From a virus (Duplodnaviria > Caudoviricetes), in the IMG/VR virus record IMGVR_UViG_3300005805_000208, positions 1-38,763 of that record: a stretch of 38,763 nt of DNA. The stretch is one strand, 5' to 3'. Below, in pieces: positions 24,838 to 33,687 of the stretch. Every line of letters begins with the position of its first letter. Position 1 is the stretch's first letter. Under the pieces are notes generated by a model. That model had not been told where the DNA came from. It did no database searches and was given only the letters and a program-made list of their open reading frames with translations. Both the position numbers and the translations under genes were made by a program.

Positions 24838-26337
24838 TTAACTAGAAAATTCAATTGCTTTTTGATCGGCTATCATTTGCGTATACCCGAATATACCTTG
24901 TCCACCCCTCGATATGTGAGATAACGCCATTACAAAGGCGTCAACCTGATCGTCGTGTTTAGCGCCCGTAGGGAAACCGCAAAGCTCATCCAGGAAGTCC
25001 GATAACCAGTTGGCATCGGATGGCAGATACACTAAACCGGACTCCGTTATTGGCGTAACGCTCCAAGCTTTGGTGATTTTATCCTTGTCGGGCTTAAATT
25101 TGAGTATGGGTATGACCGTAGATCTTTTAAGCTCTTGAATCAAACTTTGCCCCGACGCAAGATCCTCAATCAACACTTGATGGGGTTTCCATTTTGAATA
25201 TTGGGCATTGACCAACACCTTTAATTCGGGAAACTCTATTTTAGTTCTTGAAACATCCAGGACATAGTAACGGTTCTTGGCCAATCCAATCGTCACCCCA
25301 ACACTATAATCTGATTGGGTTCCCGTCTTAAACGCGGTATCCCAGGCTTGGATTGTTCTTGTTATGCCCAGGGCTTCTTTTAATTGCTGGGGATCCGATG
25401 TGGGAGGTTGATAGGTCATCCAGTGTTCCCGCTTGAATACCGATCCCGCTACCGCCGATGGCCTTTGCTGATACAAAGAAAGCCAAACCCTGGATCCAAC
25501 AGCTTGTTTAATTTGACGGAGTTGCTCTAGTGAATATCGTTCCGGTTGAAGCGCTTCCCCTTCTTTTCTATTGGGTTCGTCGGCTTCCGCAATAGCTGGA
25601 AACGATAAGATCTTCCATTGGTCACCCTCTCCCTTTTCTTGTGCTTCTATAAGCCGACCCGCCAAATCGTCCTGATGCCATCTTGTCATAATAATCAAAA
25701 TGCCACCTCCCGACGAGGCCCTAGTGTAAAGAGTTGAGGTAAACCAATCAAACACTTTTTGCCTATACACGACTGATTCTGATTGCTCGGCGTCTTTAAT
25801 TGGGTCATCGACCAGTAAGATGTCGCCCCCCATACCCGTAATACCCCCGCCAACACCCGCTGAACGATAAGCACCCTTATGGTCCACAATTTCAAAAATA
25901 TCCGCATTCCGTAGAAAGTTGCCTTGGGAAGTGGATCTAATATTCTTTCCGGAAAGCCTGGTATTGGGAAAAATTCTAAAATAGGATGGGTCATCGATGA
26001 TTCTTTGTACATCTCTATTGATCCGCATCGCGAGATCCGAAGCATACGAAGTGGCAATCATTTGGATGTCGGGATACTTTCCTAAAGCGTAAGCTGGGAA
26101 ACGACGAGAAACCATTTCAGTCTTTCCCGATCGGGCTGGAGCGAACAACATCAGTCTAGGAGATTTTTTAGCCCTAACCTCTTCCAAAAAAAGATCTAAT
26201 TCATTACATATTTGCTCATTGAACCATCCCATCTTGTATTCGGGGTAAGTTGCTTGAATAAAGTATTTTAATTTTCTTTTAGCCAATTCGATTTGAATAA
26301 GATCGGGATCAATCTGATTGAGTAGGTTTATCATCAT
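24838..26337 (-). CDS. terL: Terminase large subunit
   Basis: Walker A FAPARSGKTE, GGGITGMGGDILLVDDP (Walker B), MTRWHQDDLAGRL, LYQQRP, WDTAFK and HDDQVDA nuclease motifs. Confidence 0.96.
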   Translation of the reverse strand: MMINLLNQIDPDLIQIELAKRKLKYFIQATYPEYKMGWFNEQICNELDLFLEEVRAKKSPRLMLFAPARSGKTEMVSRRFPAYALGKYPDIQMIATSYASDLAMRINRDVQRIIDDPSYFRIFPNTRLSGKNIRSTSQGNFLRNADIFEIVDHKGAYRSAGVGGGITGMGGDILLVDDPIKDAEQSESVVYRQKVFDWFTSTLYTRASSGGGILIIMTRWHQDDLAGRLIEAQEKGEGDQWKILSFPAIAEADEPNRKEGEALQPERYSLEQLRQIKQAVGSRVWLSLYQQRPSAVAGSVFKREHWMTYQPPTSDPQQLKEALGITRTIQAWDTAFKTGTQSDYSVGVTIGLAKNRYYVLDVSRTKIEFPELKVLVNAQYSKWKPHQVLIEDLASGQSLIQELKRSTVIPILKFKPDKDKITKAWSVTPITESGLVYLPSDANWLSDFLDELCGFPTGAKHDDQVDAFVMALSHISRGGQGIFGYTQMIADQKAIEFSS

Positions 26338-26794
26338 TAACCCTATACTTGGAGTCTAGTTTTGCTAGTGTTTCAAGATCTTTAGTTTCCCATCGTGATA
26401 AATTGGCCATCGCTTGTATTTTAATGGGATCACCATTAGCACCCGTTTGTTCTATCCTAGTTGGGGCCTCAATCCCAAGGAGTTTATGTTTCCTCTCCAT
26501 TACCCGCAGAATCGAATCGGCATTCCTTGGATTATCGCGGTTGGGCCATAAGCTGGTCAGAATTGTGTCTAGTCGCTCCAGCTCTAACTCAACCACAAAA
26601 TGGGCATCTTCGTTGATGGTTGTTTTGACATCGGCCATCGCTTCGGTAACCAATTGATGACAACGGCTTTTGGATAAATTTAAGGCTTGAGAGATCTGTT
26701 CGTAAGATAGACCCGCTTTCCGATAATTCAAGGCTTTTAATTTGTTTTCGTCGATGGCCATAGCCACCTTACCCGTCTTTAATACTCTACCCAT
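26309..26794 (-). CDS. terS: Terminase small subunit (N-terminal HTH)
   Basis: ALNYRKAGLSYEQISQAL HTH, ELERLD, RKHKLLGIEAPTRIEQTGANGDPI motif; directly upstream of terL. Confidence 0.85.
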   Translation of the reverse strand: MGRVLKTGKVAMAIDENKLKALNYRKAGLSYEQISQALNLSKSRCHQLVTEAMADVKTTINEDAHFVVELELERLDTILTSLWPNRDNPRNADSILRVMERKHKLLGIEAPTRIEQTGANGDPIKIQAMANLSRWETKDLETLAKLDSKYRVNDDKPTQSD

Positions 26795-26807
26795 AATCGT
26801 CCAGGAT

Positions 26808-27140
26808 CTATTGTTTCATTTTATCGATTAAAAATACGGGAGATCCGGGATAGTTGTTTTGTGTGGACCAATCCGTTAAGAATTTTTTGGCTTTGTCGTA
26901 ACTCATAGCACCGTCGACCGTTAAAGCCGAGATAGTGGCTTCTAGGTCATAAACAGAAACTTGAATGCCATTGTGAATGCCGACGCCCATTAAAGCGGAT
27001 TCCATATTGTTTAGGAATTCAACATCTTCATATTGGCCAAGAGCCACAAATTGTTCAAAGGTAATGTCTTTTTCGAGCATAGATTTGATAAGAAGGTTTA
27101 TTTTTTTCCCTCTTACTCGCCGGATGTTATCAGTTGCCAT
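26808..27140 (-). CDS. Conserved hypothetical phage protein (110 aa)
   Basis: ALMGVG...VSVYD....I..L...MSYDKA..F...PVF resembles a pattern common in aquatic phages. Confidence 0.65.
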   Translation of the reverse strand: MATDNIRRVRGKKINLLIKSMLEKDITFEQFVALGQYEDVEFLNNMESALMGVGIHNGIQVSVYDLEATISALTVDGAMSYDKAKKFLTDWSTQNNYPGSPVFLIDKMKQ

Positions 27141-27697
27141 TTTGAAATAATACCTTGAATGGCCTGGGGTTTAATTGAAATGTGATAGGCTTTGCCCTTG
27201 GCGTCTAGCCCAATAAGGGTGTAGCCGTCACCACTGGAGTCCTGGACCGTTAGGGTCGGAATAGGGGCTTCTTCTTTAGGTTTAGGATCTTCCTTTTCTA
27301 ATGATGCCAGGAAGGTCGCTAGATCCTTATCCTCAGCTCTAATGTCGTGTAATAGCAAATTAAGGGCTTCGTCGTCTCGATACGCTAATTCACTAATGGG
27401 GTCCAGGATTGCCAAAGCCATTTGTTCTTCTTGCGCTGAGAGATCCACATAAGTGACTGGAATTGTAGAAATGCCTAGTCTTATACATTCTTCTATCCTT
27501 GCGTGACCATCCAAAACCGTATCGGTGCGCTTCGATACGATCACCGTTTTAATCCATCCAAGCTCTTTAATGGACCCCCTTAAGGCGTCTAGCTGGTTCT
27601 TGGGATGACGGCGAAAATTCATCGGATGGGCTAATAGCTCTTCCGGATTGACATCCGCGTGACCGACAATTCTGTTCTTAAACTTTTGTTTTGACAT
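27113..27697 (-). CDS. ParB/Srx-like N-terminal domain protein
   Basis: LLAHPMNFRRHP..Q..AL.GSI.ELGW...VIV......VLDGHAR...IPVTYVDLS..EE...LAILDP motif. Confidence 0.85.
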   Translation of the reverse strand: MSKQKFKNRIVGHADVNPEELLAHPMNFRRHPKNQLDALRGSIKELGWIKTVIVSKRTDTVLDGHARIEECIRLGISTIPVTYVDLSAQEEQMALAILDPISELAYRDDEALNLLLHDIRAEDKDLATFLASLEKEDPKPKEEAPIPTLTVQDSSGDGYTLIGLDAKGKAYHISIKPQAIQGIISKWQLITSGE

Positions 27698-27787
27698 AAT
27701 TACCCTTGCTTTTATTAGTATGACATCCTTAAACTTTAGTGAAATTAACCTTATAAATTTGCAAAACCATCAAAATAGAGGAACCCT

Positions 27788-28906
27788 ATGGCAAAAAAAC
27801 AAAATATGGAAGTTCCTTTATCGGAAAACACTCAAAAAAGAAACAATGTGTCGAGAGATGAGTGCATAGCCGAATTGAGGGCGATGGCCCTAGAGAATCC
27901 CGATATGGTCATATCGAGGAATTATTTTAGGATCCATTCCACAATATCGGAAAGCGGTTGGACAATTCATTTTGGGACCTTCCATCAATTCAAAGCGGAT
28001 GCCGGTATAACGCCCAATCGTCATTCAAGGCGGATGGAAAAATCTGTTGCTTTGCATTCATCAAGAGAAAAGACTAAGGAATTAACTTTAGAGTCTAAAA
28101 ATTTTGAAGGTAAATATGTAAAACCAACCGGCAGAAGGTATCAAACCATTATGACGATTTCGGACATTCACGACATCGCCAACGATCCCTTTACGATTGA
28201 TGTATTTATTGATTCGGTCAAACGAATAAAGCCGGATTGTGTTGTTCTCTTGGGCGATATTTATGATTTACCGGATTTTTCAAAATATACAATTGATCCC
28301 CGCACTTGGAACCCAATTGGGCGAATTAAATGGGTTCATCAATTTATAGAACGAATACGCGAATCGGCTCCGGATACTCAAATTGATTTTGTCGAGGGCA
28401 ACCACGAAGCTCGTTTGCTGATCAATCTTGCTAACAGTTCACCAGCGATGTTAACGGTCTTGGCGGATCTTCATAATTTCACCATCTCCAGTCTTTTGGG
28501 TTTGGATAAATATGAGATCAATTGGGTGGGACGAGTAGACTTAGCCGTTTTTAACGAATCAGAATTAAAAGCAGAAGTAAAACGGAATTACCTAGTGAAA
28601 CACAATTGCCTGGTATTTCACCATTTCCCTGAAGGCCGACATCTTGGGATGGCGGGGGCTTGTGGCCACCATCATAAACTTCAAGTTTGGTCAGGCTATA
28701 ACCCAATCCAAGGCCCGACCGTTTTTTACCAAATGGGAGCAGGGTGCAAACGAGTTGCCAGTTACTGTGATGGATCCAAATGGAATAACGGCTTTTTGAT
28801 CATTCATTGTGATACCCAAAATTTAAGATCTCAGCTCGTGTATATTGACACCACTTTTGGCCATTGTGAAGTCGGAGGCAAATTCTATCTTCGACCAAAG
28901 GCTTGA
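27788..28906 (+). CDS. Calcineurin-like metallophosphoesterase with N-terminal helical (HNH-associated-repeat-like) domain
   Basis: SDIHD, GDIYD, GNHE, FHH, GHHH and WNNGF motifs; GAGGA RBS. Confidence 0.88.
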   Translation: MAKKQNMEVPLSENTQKRNNVSRDECIAELRAMALENPDMVISRNYFRIHSTISESGWTIHFGTFHQFKADAGITPNRHSRRMEKSVALHSSREKTKELTLESKNFEGKYVKPTGRRYQTIMTISDIHDIANDPFTIDVFIDSVKRIKPDCVVLLGDIYDLPDFSKYTIDPRTWNPIGRIKWVHQFIERIRESAPDTQIDFVEGNHEARLLINLANSSPAMLTVLADLHNFTISSLLGLDKYEINWVGRVDLAVFNESELKAEVKRNYLVKHNCLVFHHFPEGRHLGMAGACGHHHKLQVWSGYNPIQGPTVFYQMGAGCKRVASYCDGSKWNNGFLIIHCDTQNLRSQLVYIDTTFGHCEVGGKFYLRPKA

Positions 28907-28964
28907 TTTTGTGGGCTTTTAAGAGTTGCCAAGATTAGATGAGAAAATAGGTTTAGGGGGTTGT

Positions 28965-29225
28965 ATGGCTAAAGAACGCGAATGGCTTTATGAACGCGAT
29001 GTGGCGATGGATGAAGATGTCGATATGACCTCTTACAGTTTGAAAATTAAAACCGGAGATCTCATAGAGACTATTGCCGACAACATCCCCAACGAGTTTT
29101 GGGTAAAGCGCCTTATCTTGGGTCAAAAGTTTCTCGATTCAGCGGAATCGGGTTATATGTCGTTACCCAAAAAGAGTCAGATCGTAAAACCCAAGGTTAA
29201 GAAGCGATCAAAGAAGAAAAATTAA
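28965..29225 (+). CDS. Hypothetical protein (86 aa from ATG 28965)
   Basis: AGGGGG RBS before ATG 28965; basic C-terminus; same orientation as the phosphoesterase. Confidence 0.65.
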   Translation: MAKEREWLYERDVAMDEDVDMTSYSLKIKTGDLIETIADNIPNEFWVKRLILGQKFLDSAESGYMSLPKKSQIVKPKVKKRSKKKN

Positions 29226-29388
29226 TAGAGGTATCAATTTTTTTAATGGCATTATTAATTTTTTGATACTCAAGAATGAGGTGCGGTAGTTTTTGTTTTT
29301 CGCTTTCCCGGATCCCTCTTGACCACTTTAATTTCAGGATTTCGTCCCTTAGTTTTTCTTTTTGAGATATTAGTTCTTTCCTTGTCAT
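29197..29388 (-). CDS. Small coiled-coil hypothetical protein
   Basis: GAGG RBS; overlaps the 3' part of the upstream ORF. Confidence 0.55.
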   Translation of the reverse strand: MTRKELISQKEKLRDEILKLKWSRGIRESEKQKLPHLILEYQKINNAIKKIDTSINFSSLIAS

Positions 29389-29671
29389 ACTGCCTCGCTA
29401 ATTCTTTTTCTAGGCCTTCTAAAACTAGAGGCCGATAGTCAGTATGAAACACTTTTTGAGTTTTTTGGTAAAAACCCATCAATATAAATTTTATAAAATA
29501 ATAGATAACCAAGAAGGGGTAAACAATTGGGAAAAAAATCGCCTCGGCCGATTTGTAGGGCATAACCCAATTGAATTGAGTATTACTAATTTTTTGCGTA
29601 AATTGACGAGGTTTGTCAAAAAAATAAGAAATAAATAAAAAACAGTAAAGATAAATACCAAATTCAAACAT
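29270..29671 (-). CDS. Hypothetical membrane protein
   Basis: AAGGAG RBS; two hydrophobic segments. Confidence 0.65.
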   Translation of the reverse strand: MFEFGIYLYCFLFISYFFDKPRQFTQKISNTQFNWVMPYKSAEAIFFPIVYPFLVIYYFIKFILMGFYQKTQKVFHTDYRPLVLEGLEKELARQYDKERTNISKRKTKGRNPEIKVVKRDPGKRKTKTTAPHS

Positions 29672-29679
29672 ACAGCTCC

Positions 29680-29994
29680 TTATTGTTTACAAAATTCGCA
29701 TCTTCCATTTTCTTGATCAACATAACCGCGCATCGGTTGAGTCCATTCGTCATCGTGAGACTTGGACCCGGCAAGAATCCATATTTTTTTATTGTTTCTT
29801 CTTCTGACAATAAGAATATACCTAGGAGATCGGCAGATTTCACATCGTGTTTTAACTTGCACTGGTGCAATAATTTGAAGTTCCTCATTTTGCTTTTGGC
29901 GTAAATCTTCATAATATTCATCACACGCTCCACAATAAGCCCCATCAGGTAAAGAGATTCTCGTTCGACACTTGACGCATTTTGTTTGTTTCAT
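29680..29994 (-). CDS. Cys-rich putative zinc-finger protein (104 aa)
   Basis: Four CxxC motifs (CVKC, CGAC, CEIC, CEFC); its stop abuts the RBS of the next gene. Confidence 0.65.
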   Translation of the reverse strand: MKQTKCVKCRTRISLPDGAYCGACDEYYEDLRQKQNEELQIIAPVQVKTRCEICRSPRYILIVRRRNNKKIWILAGSKSHDDEWTQPMRGYVDQENGRCEFCKQ

Positions 29995-30148
29995 CGGTTA
30001 TTTTCTCGTTTTCAATCAGTATAAGCACAAGATCCCCCAATGAATGACTTTGTAATATATATCCTAAACCCTCATAGGTCGATTTCCATAGACCGCCTCG
30101 ATATGAAATGGTCCAAGGGTGTTTTGGGGTCCAGGAATCGTTAATCAT
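29945..30148 (-). CDS. Small hypothetical protein
   Basis: Tight packing after 30150..30335. Confidence 0.5.
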   Translation of the reverse strand: MINDSWTPKHPWTISYRGGLWKSTYEGLGYILQSHSLGDLVLILIENEKITDETNKMRQVSNENLFT

Positions 30149-30149
30149 T

Positions 30150-30335
30150 TTATTTTTGCTCTTTTAGGATTGATAAAAGGTGATTTCCCGATCTTATAAG
30201 CTCATTCGCCAAATGAATGCCTTGCTGGGTTGATTGGTAATCAATTCTAATCTCGGCATCCATTGATGGTACAGAGTGATTAATGATTAGTTCACCTTCA
30301 AAATTTTGAAACCTGGGTTGTATTGTAATTATCAT
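30150..30335 (-). CDS. Small hypothetical protein
   Basis: TGATG stop/start coupling with the upstream gene. Confidence 0.6.
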   Translation of the reverse strand: MIITIQPRFQNFEGELIINHSVPSMDAEIRIDYQSTQQGIHLANELIRSGNHLLSILKEQK

Positions 30336-30694
30336 CAGATCATCTCTTCTATGGTTTTATGGATTATTTTTAAGGATTTCCCTAGCTCGTTATAGGCTAG
30401 GTTTGACAAAATTTTGAAGTTGTCCTTGTCGCATTCGCTTTTGGTCGAAATTCTAAATTTGGGTTCTAAGCAATTATCAGGATCGACAAATGAAATATAT
30501 ACCTTGGCTTGAAACTCAAGAAGTTGCGGAATCGTGTGATTGATATAAATTCTTGATACCTTTGTTTCACCAGTTTCATCGGGTCGACCCCACCATTTTG
30601 ACTGAATGCCCTCTTTGTTTAGGGCGTCCTCTATCGCTTGTTGGAATGGGTTTAGTTTGTATTTTGGTTTTTGGTTTACGAATGGGGTTCCCAT
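30335..30694 (-). CDS. Hypothetical protein (119 aa)
   Basis: AAGGAG RBS; abuts the upstream stop. Confidence 0.7.
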   Translation of the reverse strand: MGTPFVNQKPKYKLNPFQQAIEDALNKEGIQSKWWGRPDETGETKVSRIYINHTIPQLLEFQAKVYISFVDPDNCLEPKFRISTKSECDKDNFKILSNLAYNELGKSLKIIHKTIEEMI

Positions 30695-30901
30695 TTATTG
30701 CTCCTTTTTTAATCGTTCAAAAACTAATTGCTCAAATAACTCAAGGTTGACAAGATACCGTTTACCGACCTTGACTTTCGGAAGCTTAAGGCCTTCTCGG
30801 ATCAGGTTCCGGATTTGATATCGACTGAAGCCAGTGATTCGTGACAATCGTGCCTCACTTACCCATTTTGGTGTTTTTTGTTTTTCTATTGCTTTAATCA
30901 A
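30695..30901 (-). CDS. Excisionase/AlpA-like winged HTH DNA-binding protein
   Basis: WVSEARLSRITGFSRYQIRNLIREG..LP.VKVGKRYLVN pattern; GGAGG RBS before TTG. Confidence 0.75.
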   Translation of the reverse strand: MIKAIEKQKTPKWVSEARLSRITGFSRYQIRNLIREGLKLPKVKVGKRYLVNLELFEQLVFERLKKEQ

Positions 30902-30997
30902 AATTCCCTCCGTTTAAGTATATTAGACTAAAAAAGGCTCCATTTTAACTTTTTTTATTTCTTTATGAGCTTGTGGATTAATGTAAAAAATCCCAAT

Positions 30998-31945
30998 TTA
31001 TGCCTCCAAATGTTTTTTGAAGCTCTCTTTGATCTTGGATATGGCCAAATTCGTATTATAAGCCTCATTAAAGCGTTCCAAGATCGCTTGGTCATCCAAA
31101 CCCAATTCTTCTACTATCTGCCTCATAAACTCGATATATAAGCCATTTTCATCATCAAAAAAACTACTGATCTGCTTAACATACCCCTCTTTTACTTTTG
31201 GGTAGTTTTTATAAAGATCGGCGCATAGCCAAAGGCCATAAGGATTATAGCCATAATCGTTAATCAAGGATCTAAAGCTTTTTTCGGCCAGGTGTCGCTC
31301 ACCCTTGGCAAATGCCTTGTCGGATCTTTCAGGCCAGGTATCCCAAATAAAATTAAATACCTTGTGTTGTGCTATTGTCATCGGCAAATTAGCTGTTTTT
31401 TTAGATAAAGATAACGATATTTTTGTTTTAGGTATAAATTTGGCTTTAGTTATATCTTTATCTATATATATTGCATTGGGTAACCCATTGGGTTGGGCAT
31501 CGTTTTTGTTAACATTTTTATGATTTGGCATTGGGTTACCCATTGGGTCAGGCATAGGTGACCCATCAATTTCAACATCAAAAACATTGTTTGGCGTTGA
31601 ATTACCCCACCTCTTCGCGGATGCTTTAAGCCCCTTTGAAGATTTGAGGCGCATAGAATCCACAATCTTCTCTCTCTCTTGTGCCATATAGCGATTGACC
31701 CTCTTCCCGTTACCAATGACCGGGAAAAAAAGATCGATCGACCTCCAAGAGGAATTGAAATCATCGGTGTTTAGCCTGGACAACCTTTGTAAAAATTCTT
31801 TATCATCCGGGAGATCTCCATCGATCCACTGACGGCATAAAAGTCGAATAACGGCGCCCAGCTCTGTGGCGGTCATTGAGTCTACCAAGCGATCGGCCAA
31901 AAACTCAGACGGGTTAATAGTGAAATAAAACGGTTTGCTCTTCAT
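30998..31945 (-). CDS. Replication initiator, DUF1376/YdaU-like N-terminal domain
   Basis: PFYFTINPSEFLAD..V..MTATELGA.IRLLC.QW..G.LPDD...L.RL...FF...RVN...ER...S.KG...A..RW motif; low-complexity linker with internal repeats; AGGAG RBS. Confidence 0.82.
   Translation of the reverse strand: MKSKPFYFTINPSEFLADRLVDSMTATELGAVIRLLCRQWIDGDLPDDKEFLQRLSRLNTDDFNSSWRSIDLFFPVIGNGKRVNRYMAQEREKIVDSMRLKSSKGLKASAKRWGNSTPNNVFDVEIDGSPMPDPMGNPMPNHKNVNKNDAQPNGLPNAIYIDKDITKAKFIPKTKISLSLSKKTANLPMTIAQHKVFNFIWDTWPERSDKAFAKGERHLAEKSFRSLINDYGYNPYGLWLCADLYKNYPKVKEGYVKQISSFFDDENGLYIEFMRQIVEELGLDDQAILERFNEAYNTNLAISKIKESFKKHLEA
31385..31566. other. Candidate replication origin inside the initiator gene
   Basis: Repeats GCATTGGGT(A/T)ACCCATTGGGTyrGGCAT at 31473-31500 and 31528-31555, plus partial GGTGACCCAT, next to an AT-rich tract at about 31385-31472. 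Confidence 0.6.
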
Positions 31946-31969
31946 AATGCTCCTAGGGGTTAAGGGTGA

Positions 31970-32371
31970 TTAGTCTAATTCATAAATAACTAAAGTGGTA
32001 CTAGGGTATAGGCCGTATGTCCAAACCTTTTCGGCCTCAATCATAACGACTTGGCAATCGTCGTCCCAAATCTTTGAAGCATTAAGGCCGTCCAAAATGG
32101 CTTTTACAAGATTGTCGAGATCGGGCGTTTGAGTGGGGTGTTTTTTTTTGTTGCTTTTTGCTCTTTCTAAAAAGAAACATAATTTTATCTTTAAGGCCCC
32201 CGTCATTCTTTTCAATTTGGCTCGTTTGAAAGCCTCAGCTACAAAAATTGCAACCGACTTCTCGTAAATTCTAGTCTTAGCCGGTGTGATCGCCCGACCC
32301 TTGTAGCCTACTTTTGCAAAAAATGGACGGCCCTTGGGTACGGGTTTAATGGGAATCGTGCAAGAGAACAT
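31970..32371 (-). CDS. rusA: RusA-family Holliday junction resolvase
   Basis: PVPKGRP, TPAKTRIYE and PDLDNLVKAILDGLN...WDDDCQVV motifs. Confidence 0.93.
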   Translation of the reverse strand: MFSCTIPIKPVPKGRPFFAKVGYKGRAITPAKTRIYEKSVAIFVAEAFKRAKLKRMTGALKIKLCFFLERAKSNKKKHPTQTPDLDNLVKAILDGLNASKIWDDDCQVVMIEAEKVWTYGLYPSTTLVIYELD

Positions 32372-32379
32372 AAATCACC

Positions 32380-32847
32380 TCACCAGTAAGTAGAGATCCA
32401 TATCGCCACATCTCGCTGGTGATTGGTCTTTTGTTTGGAAGCCCTAAATCTACCGGACTTTTTTATGTAATTTTTGCCAACCGCGTTCCGCATACAACAA
32501 CCCATCACCGAATTATTAGGAGGCCTGGGAATGCCAAGCGCATCCAACCGATCCCAAATTTCATCGGTCGTAAACTCTCGCATAGTTTTTGAAAGCTCAA
32601 TAATCACATCCAAAACCTTGGCTTTCCACTTTTGATCCAAATATGAATCAATTTCATTCAAAGCCTGATTCTTGGTTTTGACTAGCTTCACTGATCGTAT
32701 GACGATGCGACCATAGGGATCGACACCCTTAATGGTTTTGTATGGTGTAATCGTCGGCTCAATTGGTTTCTCTTCGGTCGTAAATAGCGGTCCCAAGTCG
32801 TTGGAATCGTGTCCACAAAAAGTTTTCATCTTTGGCCTCTTAGACAT
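32380..32847 (-). CDS. Hypothetical protein, probable winged-helix DNA-binding domain
   Basis: FTTDEIW..L...G......MG.....A....YI...G.F..S.....H.R.V.IW pattern; AGGAGG RBS. Confidence 0.7.
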   Translation of the reverse strand: MSKRPKMKTFCGHDSNDLGPLFTTEEKPIEPTITPYKTIKGVDPYGRIVIRSVKLVKTKNQALNEIDSYLDQKWKAKVLDVIIELSKTMREFTTDEIWDRLDALGIPRPPNNSVMGCCMRNAVGKNYIKKSGRFRASKQKTNHQRDVAIWISTYW

Positions 32848-32930
32848 TTGTTTAGCCTCCTGCGTTCTGCATAACGCCCCAGCAAATAGCCTAGGGCGGT
32901 TGCGATCAAAATACTAGAAAGGAATTTCAT
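32826..32930 (-). CDS. Small single-pass membrane peptide (34 aa; not in track)
   Basis: MKFLSSILIATALGYLLGRYAERRRLNKCLRGQR with GAGGTG RBS; bridges the gap between ERF and the next gene. Confidence 0.5.
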   Translation of the reverse strand: MKFLSSILIATALGYLLGRYAERRRLNKCLRGQR

Positions 32931-33669
32931 CGGTCACCTCTGTTCGTTTTTCGGCAATATGTTTTAAGCGTGTTTCTGTAATTTGATTGCCTTTCATTTG
33001 AAAAAGTTTTTTAACCTTTTCTTTTATATCAGAGGTGATGACCTCTTCTGATTCTTTAGCATTAAGCCGACCTTGGATCGTATTCAAGCGGTCGCTAAAA
33101 ACATCAGAAGGAAAACCTGCATCTCGCAAGGTTGCTTCATAGTCTTTTAGGGCATCTTCCAATTCCTTCGAAGCTTTAATGGTGACCGGGTTTTTAGGTG
33201 AGGGATTTGTTCCAATTTTTACCGATCCCTTGGGAATATTAACTGATGCCGTTGCGACTGGCTTAGATTTTGGATCGGTCGCGTTATTTCCATCGTCGTC
33301 TATCTCCGAGGAAACACAAAAGAGCGATTCCGAATTGTAACGGCGAAGGTAGGTAATGATGGAACACAAAGCCTGAACGCCCGTCTTTTCTAGGGGTGCA
33401 GAAGTTGGTGGGTATTTGATAAACTCACCGCTAGTATGAATCAGCATCGAGTGAATAGATACCTTGCCGTCCTCGAAGGTCGGGACTTGCGTTAGTGCCA
33501 AACCATTGGCTCCCAATGTGGGGCGAAGGTTTTGTAAAACATCCGGAAGCGTTGCATATTCCGAATTAAAGTGTGGGTTAATCGCAGATTTTTTGGCTTC
33601 CTTCATAGAAGCGATGGCCGAAACGATGGCCGGTGCGATTTTAGTGATTGATTCAGAAGTTTGAATCAT
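32914..33669 (-). CDS. erf: ERF-family single-strand annealing protein (start ATG 33669)
   Basis: KKSAINPHFNSEYATL, LIHTSGEFI, SIITYLRRY and EIDDDGN motifs; acidic DEIPF tail; GGAGGA RBS. Confidence 0.9.
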   Translation of the reverse strand: MIQTSESITKIAPAIVSAIASMKEAKKSAINPHFNSEYATLPDVLQNLRPTLGANGLALTQVPTFEDGKVSIHSMLIHTSGEFIKYPPTSAPLEKTGVQALCSIITYLRRYNSESLFCVSSEIDDDGNNATDPKSKPVATASVNIPKGSVKIGTNPSPKNPVTIKASKELEDALKDYEATLRDAGFPSDVFSDRLNTIQGRLNAKESEEVITSDIKEKVKKLFQMKGNQITETRLKHIAEKRTEVTDEIPF

Positions 33670-33687
33670 TGTATTCCTCCAATTTGG

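Noticed and set aside
29664-29945. 93-aa minus-strand ORF overlapping the Cys-rich ORF
   Set aside because: The alternative frame 29680..29994 has four CxxC motifs and better packing; both are unlikely to be real, though this one is not strictly excluded.
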